The notes under the pieces: model-generated | The model's input: the letters and a program-made list of their open reading frames with translations, nothing else | The model's database searches: none | Told to the model about the DNA's origin: nothing | In this document: in pieces, positions 27,398-38,714 of the stretch | Layout of the letters: each line of letters starts with the position of its first letter | Position numbering within the stretch: position 1 is the stretch's first letter | Assembly: GCA_032718475.1 (NCBI GenBank) | Contig: JAUCBJ010000052.1 | Span: 76,519 to 140,518 of the forward strand | DNA from: Nemertoderma westbladi | Taxonomy: Eukaryota > Animalia > Xenacoelomorpha | Reading direction: 5' to 3' | Length of the DNA stretch: 64,000 nucleotides | Translations under genes and position numbers: made by a program

Positions 27398-28534
27398 TTA
27401 ATGGATGTTATATTTGGATAATACTGATGAATAATCGTAAAATCCCCCTTGACTTTATTAATTAATGAGGTAAGCAGAAGGGTTTATCAGTAGCAATTGT
27501 GGCTCTATTTATAGTGGTTTGTGTGAATTAAATGCTATTTCATAATCCCAACGTATGTGAGTTGCAATCCTCCTTATATATGATAAAAATCAGTGACAGT
27601 CGGCAAATCAGTGTGCATTAGTGTTAATATTAGTGTATGAAGTTAGTGTGAAGGTTAATCAAGCATTCCTAAAGAATGCACCATTTGCGTTATCTTATTG
27701 CCCCTAGTTGTAATTAGTGTTAGTCATAACTCTGTTTGATATATAAAGCGCCACGTCAAAAAGAACTGTTAATATTTCTCCGAAAGTAAATATAGTTGTC
27801 AGAGATTATATAGTAGTGATCAATCGAATAATACAAAGTAGCCTACTGTAATAACTACTCTAGAACCGAATCCAGTCTCCCACATCTGTGGGTCATACAC
27901 CGCGCTAGACTGGTTTCAGCTGATGTCAATTGGTATGGGCAATAGTCAATTCATAAGACACTTAAATTAGCAGATTAAACTGTTAAGGGTCTAAAAGCGC
28001 GAACATTAATAGATTTTGCAAATGTTCTGGTAGAACATTAATAGATTTTTTCTTTTATTGCTCAGTAGGCAATAAACCCTAACTAACCGGTCGGACAGTA
28101 AACTGTTGGCTCAGTGCCGGTGCCGTACAGCAGTATTACTTCGATTGTGATAATTATATACCGGTAGGTCTTAGTATTTAATCAGGGACTGCAGCCCTGG
28201 TTTTTTATTGAGATTTTACTTATTTCTGTTGGCTTTATTTATCTGTAAGTGTAACATTGACCAGAAGGCGTGTAAACCTGCTCGGATTGTAAAAGTAACT
28301 TATAGGCTGGATTGTTGTCTGATTGTTGTTAGGACTGAGGTGGATTACAGTGTATGTAGGTTATTTGTCCAATAAAGTGCTAGTTAGGCAATGGAGGCTT
28401 ACAGAGTTGTAAGGTAAATCCCCCACGAAAGAATAAGTCGTACTACATAGTCTAGAACGTAACACGAACACTGGTACAAGCAAACCCAAAAGGAAATACA
28501 TAAATAATAATAATTAAATGCTTGAGTTAATACA

Positions 28535-28733
28535 ATTATTTTATTCTTTAATTGTCAAGCTGAAGTAAAAAACCTTACCGGTAGGTATGCCAGTACAGTA
28601 CGATACAAATACTAAAATAAAAAAGCAATGCTTTTGCAATTGCTTTTTTATTTTAGTATTTGTATCGTACTGTACTGGCATACCTACCGGTAAGGTTTTT
28701 TACTTCAGCTTGACAATTAAAGAATAAAATAAT
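28535..28733. repeat. Perfect long inverted repeat (95-bp arms, ~9-bp loop) inside a 272-bp insertion
   Basis: 28535-28629 is the reverse complement of ~28639-28733. The insertion 28460-28731 is flanked by the direct repeat ATAGTCTAGAACG (28447-28459, 28732-28744). Confidence 0.9.
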
Positions 28734-29669
28734 AGTCTAGAACGCTTACTAACTAAGCATTTTGGAGACTGCATATACTGTGGTTTATTTTAGGCTTGGC
28801 GGTGGTCTGTCAGCATTTTGGTTTGTGTTTTATTTGAATAGTCTGTACGGGTAGCGTAATATTTATTATTCAGAGTTTATGCAAGTAATTTACAACATTC
28901 ATGTCACCAAGTGTATTCCTTAAAGTAATTCTGCTTGTTATGCATACTGTAATAGTTAAATTAACCCCGGTACTACTTCAGGACTGCTTGGCGTAGGACA
29001 GACTGGTGATTTCTTTAGCATCAGACGATTAAGACTAAATACTCCGGTCACTCCAGCATCCAGCAGATGCTGTGGTTCTTTTAGCTGTTCACGTATATTT
29101 AACTGCAAGTTATATGTTGTATAAGTGCTAGTACCTAATCTAGGGTTTAGAGTACAGCGCTTTCCTGAAAGTTAATTTAGTGTGTACGCAGTATATTTGT
29201 GTTGTAATGTGGTTAATAGGTCCGTTAGCTTTAGGCTTCGATAATTAATCTCTAGGTATAGGACACTTGACAGACGGTGGCATTTCCTTATCTAGACAAC
29301 ACAATGTATTGAATACTACTTTATTGGTTTCAAAATTCCGTAAATTCCCTGTCAGCCAGCTGTAAGAACCAGAAATTCGAAATTCTTGTTAGTCTGGTTT
29401 GTAAAATTCTTGTAAAATTATCCTTAAAAATTGTATGTGTAACTTTGTTTATTGTTTACTTAGAGATTGTTTATTCTCAACCTGTTATACGTAAGTCATT
29501 TGTAGTGATAAGTAACTTAGTTAAGTAGAACTATCACTATTTAGTGTCCAACAAGTAGCACTCCACTGAGAGCGTCCAACCTCTGTGTAGTGACTTCCTA
29601 CTCAGAAATAATAACATTTATTTCAATAATTGACAAAACCCATTACGGGTATATATATTTATAAATTTA

Positions 29670-32600
29670 ACTCAGAGTAAGATCGTCCAATGCGAGAGTT
29701 GTGACACATTTGTACATTTAAAATGTTACCGTAGGAAAAGCAGTAATTTATTCTCCACCAGAAACAATCTTGAGCCAAGTTTTCTCTGCAATAGCTGTAT
29801 TTTTACCGAACTTCCCTTTCATGATACTATTTTAGAATCATAAACCAACGATTCATTCCTCACATTGCCTCTGCAAATTCCAAGTGATGCTGAGAGTGAA
29901 ACTTTCAAATTTTTTAAGAAAAAAAGCTCTGCATTTTTTGCATTTAAATGCACGATCTCTGCTTCCCAAACTTTCCGAAATTCGTATTTTAATTAATAAA
30001 TCCAACCCTGCAGTTTTAACAATCTCTGCAACTTGGCTCGATGATACCGTTTCTGATAGAGAAATTTATATTGATAATTACGTAGTTTTACGTAAGGATA
30101 GGGACAGACACGGCGGTGGTGTCTGTACTTACATTCGATGTGATTTAGCTTTTAATCGTAGGGAAGATTTAGAGACTTGTGACGAAGTTTTACTGGTGGA
30201 ACTTTTACTTCCTAAAACTAAACCTATTTTAATCGGTACTTTATTATTGGCCCCGTAAACAATCAGATTTTTTGCAAAATTTTGAAAATACAATTTTATG
30301 TAATCTTAGGTCAGACTGAGAAATATATTTCTTAGGTGATTTTAATATCTGTTACCATCACAAAGCATCCCCTGTCTGTAAACAGTACTAAAGTATTTTA
30401 AATTTCTTTGGTTTAAAACAAATTATTCGAGATTCTACCAGAATCACCAGTAAATCTTCTACTTTACTAGATCATATCCTTTGTAATAATACCGATATTA
30501 TTTCTCAACTGGGGTTTTACCTATAGGTCTAAGCGATCATTTTATAGTTTTTTGCACAAGAAAGACACAAAAATCTTTTTTCGGGGATCATAAAACAGTA
30601 ACAGTTAGGTCTATGAAAAATTACAACAAGGAACGCTTTTTAAGTTCATTAGTTAATTCTGACTGGGAACCCTGTTTTAAGGCCGCTGACATTAACCTTG
30701 CGTACACTGTTTCTAAAGATATATTTCTAAAGGCACTTTATACTGTAGCACCAATTAAATAAATTAGTCTTAAACAACGCACTGAGCCCTGGATGACCTC
30801 GGGTATTCTTAGTAATATCAGAGAAAGAGATAAACTATTTTGTATAAATTTAGGAAATACCGTGTTTTAGCTGATTATAATAATTACTGCAAATATAGAA
30901 ACCTTGTCCAACGGGAAATAAAAAAAGCTAAATCTGAATATTTGTACAACAAAATAAGTGAGAATAAAGATAATCCTAAAAGTCTATGGTCTACCCTAAA
31001 ATCTTTAGGTTATAAAAACCTTAAATCTAAATCGAATATTGTTCTGCAAGATAACAGTGAGCTGGTGCATGATCATACTCTAGTTAGTAATTTATTTAAT
31101 AATTATTTTACTAATGTTGCCTCTAATTTACTTAAGAAGTTACCATTATCAAGTAATAAATATAGTATAGGGTCCGAAACTCTAAATAATTTTTATTTAG
31201 AAAAGTTACAAAATTCAGAAAAGTTATTTTTAAAACCCGTTTCTGAGGATTTCATTTTTCAAAATCTACTTAGCCTATCAGCCTCATACCGGTCTAGACC
31301 TAATACCTGCCCGTTTTCTTAAGGATGGTGCTGAAGTACTTAAAGTGCCTATTACTTTTATTATTAATTACTCTATTGTAGATAATGTAGTACCAGACGA
31401 ACTGAAATTAGCTAAGGTTGTTCCTCTGTATAAAAAGAATAGTAAAGTAAAGTAGAACCCTGTAATTACAGACCTGTTAGTATCTTAAGTATTATATCTA
31501 AAATTCTAGAACGTTGTGTTTTTCTACATCTGGAGGCACATCTTAGTAGGCTAAATCTGATCTATGAACTTCAGTCCGGTTTTCATAAATTATATTCTGC
31601 AGACACCTGCCTTATTAACTTAACTGATACAATTAGATGTAATAATGCAAAGGGTTTATATACTGGTATGGTAATGTTGGACTTACAAAAGGCTTTCGAT
31701 ACTGTAGATCATGAAATTCTGCTTGGTAAGTTAGGCCTGATGGGTGTAGGTTCTATAGACTGCTTCAAGTCCTACCTGTCAGACAGAGGTCAAACTGTAG
31801 TCATTAGTAAATCGCAGTCTACTGTACAAGAGATTACCTGCGGTGTACCGCAAGGTAGTATATTAGGTCCTCTGCTTTTTGTATGCTATGTAAATGATAT
31901 GATATGTAGTATAGATCCCGATTTTAAACTCATTTTATATGCCGACGACAGTGCTCTTATTTTCTCTCATAAAGATCCTATCAATATTTCCCTATCCTAT
32001 TCAAAGTTAAGCGCAGTTCTAGAATCCTGTAATGAGTGGTTGGTTGATAATAAGTTATCCATTCACTACGGTAAGACTGAAAGTATTTTGTTTGGTTCCA
32101 AAGGAAAGTTAAAGAAGGTAACTAAGTTTGAAGTTGAATATTTAGGCGCCACATTGGATAAATGCTTATCAGGAGAAAGTATAGTGAAAAACATTTTCTC
32201 GAAAGTTAACCATAGGCTTAGGTTTCTATACAGAAATAAAAATAGTTTAAACACCAACTCCCGCAAGTTACTTTGCTCTTCTTTAATACAGTGTCACATG
32301 GACTATGCATGCTCTTCTTGGTATGAAGGCTTAACCAAACAGCTTAAATGTAAATTACAAGTAGCTCAGAATAAAGTAGTACGATTTATTAAAGACTACA
32401 AACCTAGGCACCACCTAACTCCAGATGACGTTTCTGAATCTGGACTACTTAACTTAGATAGTAGAGTTAATCTGCTACGCCTTAACCATGTGCATAAAGT
32501 GTATAATGGTAAATGTCCCAATTACCTAAAACAAAAATTCAACAGAGTACGCGATACACACTCTTACAGTACCAGAGCTAGTGCTTCAAACTTCTACCTC

Positions 32601-33015
32601 CTGAATTGTAAATCCTTTGAATCTGATACTTTCTTTTTTAACGGCATTAAAAATTGGAACACTCTGTCTAATGAAATTAAAAACCTAAATAATCAACATT
32701 CTTTTAAATCTGCAGTTAAATCTCACCTCTCTGGGCAATGTAAAAATAGGTACAATAGTCCTACAGTAAGTTATTAGTTTATTAATTATTTACTATTTAT
32801 ACTGTAATTACGTTTTATAATAAATTATTCTGTACATTACATCTTTATCGTTGAGTCGGACATTGCCACGCTCTCGGTAAAGTTGTACATGGACATAGTG
32901 TAATTACGTTTTACATTGGTTTTAGGTTAGCGTAGTGTAATATTGTATTTGTATCCAAGTAACATAAAGGACCCCCTTGGAAATAAGCTGCAAAGCTTTA
33001 GGGGTAATCTTATAT
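29670..33015 (+). mobile_element. Decayed CR1/L2-group (Crack-like) LINE: PHD finger + APE endonuclease + RT + 3' UTR
   Basis: PHD: IVQCESCDTFVHLKC...FLCNSCIFTELPF. APE: HLNARSL, RKDRDRHGGGV, LGDFNI, LLDHIL, SDH. RT: NYRPVSIL, DLQKAFDTVDH, GVPQGSILGPLLF, LYADDS. 3' UTR hairpin GGACCCCCTTGGAAATAAG...GGGGTAATC. Several stops and frameshifts. Confidence 0.92.
31668..32777 (+). pseudogene. Open RT-domain segment of the CR1/L2-group LINE ORF2
   Basis: 369-aa ORF with LINE RT motifs. The upstream part of ORF2 is broken into the 29884-30258 and 30840-31322 pieces. Confidence 0.9.
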
Positions 33016-33252
33016 GTTATGTTGGACACGTTCGTGGGGCCATCGCGTAGGACGAGGCTCAGTTATTAGATACAGATTAAAATTGAGCAATTCTATCCCA
33101 AAATCGGTACTTAAGAAATTTAAATAAATAATTAAGAAAATGTAACCAAAACGCCAATAAGAATAAACCAAAGAAGAGAGGATCCCCCCCCCCTTGCTTC
33201 AACCGCCCACCCTCTTAATCTGCACCATCCCAACCCAAAGGAGCACAGAGAA

Positions 33253-36070
33253 TGTAAAGGCTTTTGCGGATCTAGCGAGTCATTTTCCCCGCAAAGTACT
33301 CTGTAGGTGTTTTAGCGGACATAAAAAGCCGTTTTCTTACTGTGTAGGTGTTTTAGTGGACATAAAAAGCCATTTTGCTGTATGTGTACTTTAGCGGACA
33401 TAGCAAGCAATTTTATACCGCAATGCGCCAAAATACTCTTAATACAGTGTAGTTCAGATGACGACATCTATCAGCTGATATGTCGACGTGGAGCTTTTGG
33501 CTTTCTTTGTTCAGGCTCACTCACTTGACCAATCAGAGCGATTTTCATTTTATTTGCACAGAAGCCTCCGGGAAATCGCGCAATGCATTATGGTTTTTGT
33601 TTACCTTTTTTCCTGAGCCCAGAACATCGGCTGTGGAATTATTCTGTGTTTCAGACTTTAGCCAAACATTAGAACGGCTTTGATCATAGAAACGTATAAC
33701 TGTTATTCTATCTATCTACCACCTATCATATCATAACTATACGTACCTTTCACCGCATTATTTTACTGCTATTTACTGTCTGTTATTAATTGTTATTAGT
33801 TGATGGAATGTTGTTATATTTGGAGAATATCGATAAATAATCAGAAAACCCCAATCTTCTTGATATACTGAAGGTTAGAGAGACCGGTTACATATAGCAA
33901 TTGCGACTTACATTATAGTGGTTTTGGAGTGAATTGAATGCTATTTCATAGACCCTACATGTGTCAGTTGCTGTTCTCCTTATATATGATCAAATTTAGT
34001 GAAGGTCGGCAGATCAGTGTGCAGCAGTGTGCGGTAGTGTGCATGAGTGTGATAGATAACAAAGCATTTCCTAAAGAATGCGCTTTATACGTAAATCATT
34101 AGCCATCCCGTTGTGTTTAGTGTAAGTCATAACTCTGTTTACATACTTTGAGCGCCACGTCATAAAGGAACTGTTAATATTTCCCGAAAGTGAATAATAT
34201 TTGTCAGAGATATTATAGTAACGATCAATCGAATAATACAGTAGGTCTACACCGCAATAAGGTCAGAGCATCCGAATCCAGTCTCCCTTAACCGTGGGTG
34301 AATGATCGCGCATATGCTGGCTTCGGCTAATGTAACTTTATGTGTATCAAATACTTGTTATAGGCTAAAGTCGATTTATAACCTAGAAGACACCTAAATT
34401 TGGCAGGTTAAACTGCTAAAGGTCTAAAAGCGCGAACAATAACACTTATTCTTTCTTTATTGCAACGTAGGCAATAAAGGCAAAAGTACCGGTCGACCGG
34501 TAACCAGTAGGCCTGTCTGCCTAACCACCCGAACCAGTACTTACAGCAGTACAGGTACATCAGTATTATTCGATTGTGATAATTATATACCGGTAGGTCT
34601 TGATATTTAATCAGGGACTGCAGCCCTGGTTTTTTATTGGGATTTTACTTATTTCTGTCAGTTTTATTTATCTGTAAGTTAATATTGAGCAGAAGGCTTG
34701 TAAGCCTGCTCAGATTGTATAGGTAATTTGTAGGCTGGATTGTTGTCTGGCTGTTGTTAAGTTACATTGCTTTCGCCGTGAGGACCAGCCAGTGCATAAT
34801 CTTGTACTTTGGCAGCCTCATGGAGTGAATAAGCATGGTGGACAGCCCATGACTTTCTTGAGACGCATCTTAAAGGACACTGGCCTTAAAGATGCGGATG
34901 ATCTAGCAAATGTCATGGGTGATAGGGAGTTGTGGCGGTGCAATTTTGTTGACAAGCCGGCACAGCATTCTTAAAAATGCAGCTGCAATGCAGCATGCCG
35001 ATCCTAGTAGTAGTAGTAGTAGTATTAGTTGTTAAGTCTGAAGAGATTGCAGTGTGTGTAGAGTGTATGTCCGATAAAGTACTAGTTAGGAACGTGGGGG
35101 CATCCAGTGCTGTAAGGTAAATCCCCCCCTGAAAGAATAAGTCGTACTACTCGGTTAGAACGCATACTAACTAACCATTTTGGAGTCTGCATATACTGTA
35201 GTTTATTTAGGCTTGATAGTAGTCTGCCAGCGTTTGGTCTGTATTTTGTTTGTATAGTCTGTACGGGTAGCGTAATATTTATTATTCAGAGTTTATGCGA
35301 TTATTCGCAACATTCACACCCCCAAGTTTATTCCTACAGTAATTGTGCTTGTTATACATACCGTTATAGTTAAATTAACCCCGGTACTACATCAGGGCTG
35401 TTTGGCGTAGGTAAAGACTGGTGATTTTATGCTGTGGTCACTCCGGCAGATACCGTGGTTCTTTTAGCTGCACAAGTATTTTTAACAGCTGGTTATTTGT
35501 TGTATAAGTACTTGTACCTACTTTAGGGTTTAGTGTACAGTGCTTTCCGAAGGTAATTAGTGTGTAGGCAGTATATTTGTGTTGTAAAGTGGTTAATAGG
35601 CACGTTAGCTATAGTAGGCTGCGGTAATTAACTTCTAGGTAGGAACACTCCGGGTACATAACGTAGTACTTATAGCGATACGGCTATAAGTCGTCAGACG
35701 GTGGTATTTTCCTATCTGGACAACGCAATATATTTACTACTGCTTTATTATTTTCAAATACCGTAGTATCTTGTCCATCTGTAATAACCAGAGATTCTAA
35801 CTCCTTGTTAGGCTGGTTTGTAGATTTCCTGTAAAATTAACCCTAAAAAATTCGTACTTGTAATTTTTGTGTTTATTTAGAGATTGTAATCTCACCCCGT
35901 ATTGTACGTAATTTGTAGTAATAAGTAACTTAGGCAAGTAGAATTATTTGTTTTAGTGTCCAACAAGTAGCACTTCACTGAGAGCGTACAGCTTCTGTGT
36001 AGTGACTCCTTCCCAGAAATAATAACATTTATTTCAAATATTGTAACAAAACCCATTAAACGGGTATATA
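33253..36070 (+). repeat. Long LTR-like dispersed repeat, copy 2
   Basis: Paralog of 25540-29655. Starts with TGTAAAGG, has short tandem repeats (TGTAGGTGTTTTAG(C/T)GGACATAAAAAGCC) and a CCAAT box near the 5' end, and is followed ~90 bp later by a gag-like ORF. Confidence 0.7.
34763..35027 (+). mobile_element. 5'-truncated young RTE LINE insertion with TSD
   Basis: HCFRREDQPVHNLVLWQP...KPAQHS* plus a (TAG)n tail, flanked by the TSD GTTGTTAAGT (34753-34762 and 35028-35037). The translated part is identical to the end of the 52718-53866 ORF. Confidence 0.92.
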
Positions 36071-36161
36071 TATTATATAGGCTAGGCTAGCAGTTAAGGC
36101 TGAATTACTAGACTTGCTTAGACTGTAAGATAGCAGTAGGCATTCAACTGTGTAAACAAAC

Positions 36162-37112
36162 ATGTCTGATACTAAGCAGAACCTGTCAGACAGTTTATTA
36201 GATGTAACTATCTGCGACTCAGATAAGGGTGTAGAACCGTCTACACCTAAGTTCAGTTCACCTCCCACTGTGAGGAAGGTCATCCCTCCAGTAGTAATAA
36301 CAGAACCTAGGCTGTTCCAACATCGTAGGTCTATCATAGGCACTCGAGCTCAGGTCAAGCGGGACCAAGAAGCAGCGGAACAGCAACAACCCGCGAGCCA
36401 AGAACTTATTTCTCAGCGGCCCGACAGCTCCAGTAGTTCGGATACTGTAGAGCTGACACCCGAGCGCGGAGCAAAGATGGCAGATGCGGTTTATTCGGAT
36501 CCCCTTCTCATTCTTCCTGCAGCCGTACTCACTAGGGCATTGATTGCGTTGGAAGAACACCAAATCGATTGGGCGAGAAGTAAGCGATCGACCAAGGACA
36601 GTTATGCGGGATACACAAGGGAGGAACTGAAGTCTATTGTCGAGACGCAATGGAACTTCCCCGGACCCGGACTCCCATTTAACTTATCGGAAGCTGCCTG
36701 GGAGGACTTATACAGGATGGGAGTGACAAAAGATACTAGTGATCCAGCTGTATGGAAGAGGTCGGCAGCAGGATACATACAGGGATTCTTCAGCCCTTTG
36801 GAGCGATTAGAGGAACAACTGTTTCAACAACCCCAAGGACCTCAAGAGCAGGGAGAGCTGCTTTATCAAGTTAGAGAAAGAATTCTAAGAATCAGACTAA
36901 TCCTATCGGCCTTTGAGGAAGCTTCGAAAAGAAGACAAGACACGTCGTTGCAAGTTGCAGTAAAGACTTGGTTCCAGCGGGTGGGTCTCAAGGTTCAAGG
37001 AACGGCCCAGTGGAAATCTCAGCTGGCTGAGCGCTCAACCCATGGAGAATCAACAGACGCTACCTTTTCTCAAGTGGAAAGCGAACCGGTGTCGAAATTA
37101 AATGCGCCCTAA
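36162..37112 (+). CDS. Gag-like protein of an LTR retrotransposon, 3'-truncated
   Basis: 316-aa ATG-initiated ORF with higher GC than its flanks. Low-complexity N-terminus with TRAQ, then a helical region with LFQQPQGPQE...Y..RERI resembling the Gag major-homology Q..xE..Y..RL motif. Its last codons run into Polinton integrase sequence. Confidence 0.45.
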   Translation: MSDTKQNLSDSLLDVTICDSDKGVEPSTPKFSSPPTVRKVIPPVVITEPRLFQHRRSIIGTRAQVKRDQEAAEQQQPASQELISQRPDSSSSSDTVELTPERGAKMADAVYSDPLLILPAAVLTRALIALEEHQIDWARSKRSTKDSYAGYTREELKSIVETQWNFPGPGLPFNLSEAAWEDLYRMGVTKDTSDPAVWKRSAAGYIQGFFSPLERLEEQLFQQPQGPQEQGELLYQVRERILRIRLILSAFEEASKRRQDTSLQVAVKTWFQRVGLKVQGTAQWKSQLAERSTHGESTDATFSQVESEPVSKLNAP

Positions 37113-37828
37113 CCACAATATTCGAAGAAAGAAAGCCTAAAAGACTGGCGGTTGATCAGGGTACTGAGTTTGTAAATAAATTAGTGAAAGAATTCTCACA
37201 GAATAATAATGTTAATGTTTATACATTAGTTAGCCAATTTAAAGCTAGCATCTGTGAGAGGCTGAACCGCACACTTAAGTCGAAAATGTATAAAGTGTTC
37301 ACAAGGCGGCAAAATAGGAAATGGATCGACATATTACCGAAGCTGGTAATTTCATATAATAATTCAATACATAGAACCATCGGTATGGCGCCAAACTCAG
37401 TCAATAAAAATAATGAAACTGACTTATTTTTAAAACTATATGGCAGTGTGCGCCATCCCAATAAAAAGAAACGCCGCAAACAGCGTCGAGTTTATTTCAA
37501 AGTTGGCGATAAAGTGCGTCTGAGTTTAACCGCGACGCCATTTTCCAAAGGATATACACCTAACTATACCTGGGAAATTTTCGAAATTTCTAGAATACGG
37601 ATGGATCGAGAGCCGTACCCTATGTACGAAGTTATGGATGTGAATAGGCGTGTTATTAAAGGGACATTTTATCAATATGAAATGAAAAAGGTGAAAGAAC
37701 CGTTTGAGTTCTTACCAATTGAAAAAGTAATCAAGGAAAAAGTAATAAACAAAAAAACAGGGAAAAAACAATACCTGGTAAAATTCGTTGGTTATGCGAA
37801 GCACCGGTGGGTTGATAGGATACAATAA
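37079..37828 (+). pseudogene. Polinton retroviral-like (rve) integrase with C-terminal chromodomain, N-terminally truncated
   Basis: Open frame KRTGVEIKCALTTIFEERKPKRLAVDQGTEF...KASICERLNRTLK...YNNSIHRTIGMAP...FKVGDKVR...F.KGY.PN.T.EIF...IEKVI...YLVKFVGY. The first catalytic Asp region is missing. Confidence 0.9.
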
Positions 37829-38714
37829 TGGATCGCTTACATTTGACATTGACTTCTGACGCCAGTCTAGATAAATATCCTAACAACACCCCAAGCGATT
37901 TTACAATTGAATTGTCCAAACCTATCCCCATTACCACGGATTGGGTTGTGGGCCTAAAAGAAATACAATATGTATCAACTTATAGGAATATTGAGCAAAG
38001 ATCCGGAATTAAAATTGGTGAATACATGGAAAATGTGGATATACCATTCCACATTACCCCGTATAATCTTATTGAAATCGATCTTAATCATGGGCTGTAT
38101 GCTTCCGTTGAGTCAATTATAAATTATATTACCGTATATTTGAAAAAAAATTCCGTAGCACATCATGGTTTCTCCGATGTTAAGTTTAATTATCACAAGC
38201 ACACATCGAAAATACATTTGCATTCTATGAAAGGAAGCTATTTCCAATTCTACGGGGATTTAATAAATATATTTGGCTTATCGTCTTTAAAAAATAACAT
38301 ACTTGGTCTTGGCGCATTTTGGTCAATACATTACAACCCAGAAGACAACTTACTAAGTTTAGGCTCTAGAAATTCAGACAAAAATGGAATTGAATTTCCT
38401 GAACCCTGCGATATAACGAGGGATAGACATACAATGTTTATATAAACAGATATAATTGAATCTTCCCACGTGGGGCATTCTATGGTTCCTCTTTTGCGGA
38501 TAATTCCGTTAAAATGGCAACCATACTCATTTATAAGTCAAGAGTCGAAAACACTCATTACAAACAGTTAAAAAATAAAAAATTTGTTAATACAATTAGT
38601 ATAATGCTTCGCGATCATAAAGGAAAGCATATAGTGTTTCACGGTGGTAAAACAATTTTAGTTCTAGAACTAAAAAAACAGTCGCAATTACAAAACTGGT
38701 ATAATGATGAATAG
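37828..38714 (+). pseudogene. Polinton minor capsid (penton) protein, copy 1, disrupted
   Basis: LTLTSDASLDKYPNNTPSDFTIEL...W.VGL.EI.Y start. In-frame TAA at 38443-38445 is followed by TDIIESSHVGHSMVPLLRII, then a frameshift to Y..L...I.I.LRD..G..I.F.GG...VLEL. Confidence 0.8.

Larger units (their letters stand above)
25540..29655 (+). repeat. Long LTR-like dispersed repeat, copy 1 (carries two later insertions)
   Basis: Colinear similarity to 33253-36070 from TGTAAA(A/G)GCTTTTGCGGA through CCAATCAGAGCG and TTCGATTGTGATAATTATATACCGGTAGGTCTT to ACCCATTA..CGGGTATATA. Begins with TGT and is non-coding. Confidence 0.7.

Noticed and set aside
25540-29670. Long 5' UTR of the CR1-group LINE
   Set aside because: The second copy ends at the same point but is followed by an unrelated ORF, and the LINE begins inside its PHD finger, so the repeat is more likely an independent element.
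25540-36070. Paired LTRs of one intact LTR retrotransposon
   Set aside because: The copies are clearly diverged, no shared TSD is visible, and the DNA between them is a LINE rather than gag-pol.
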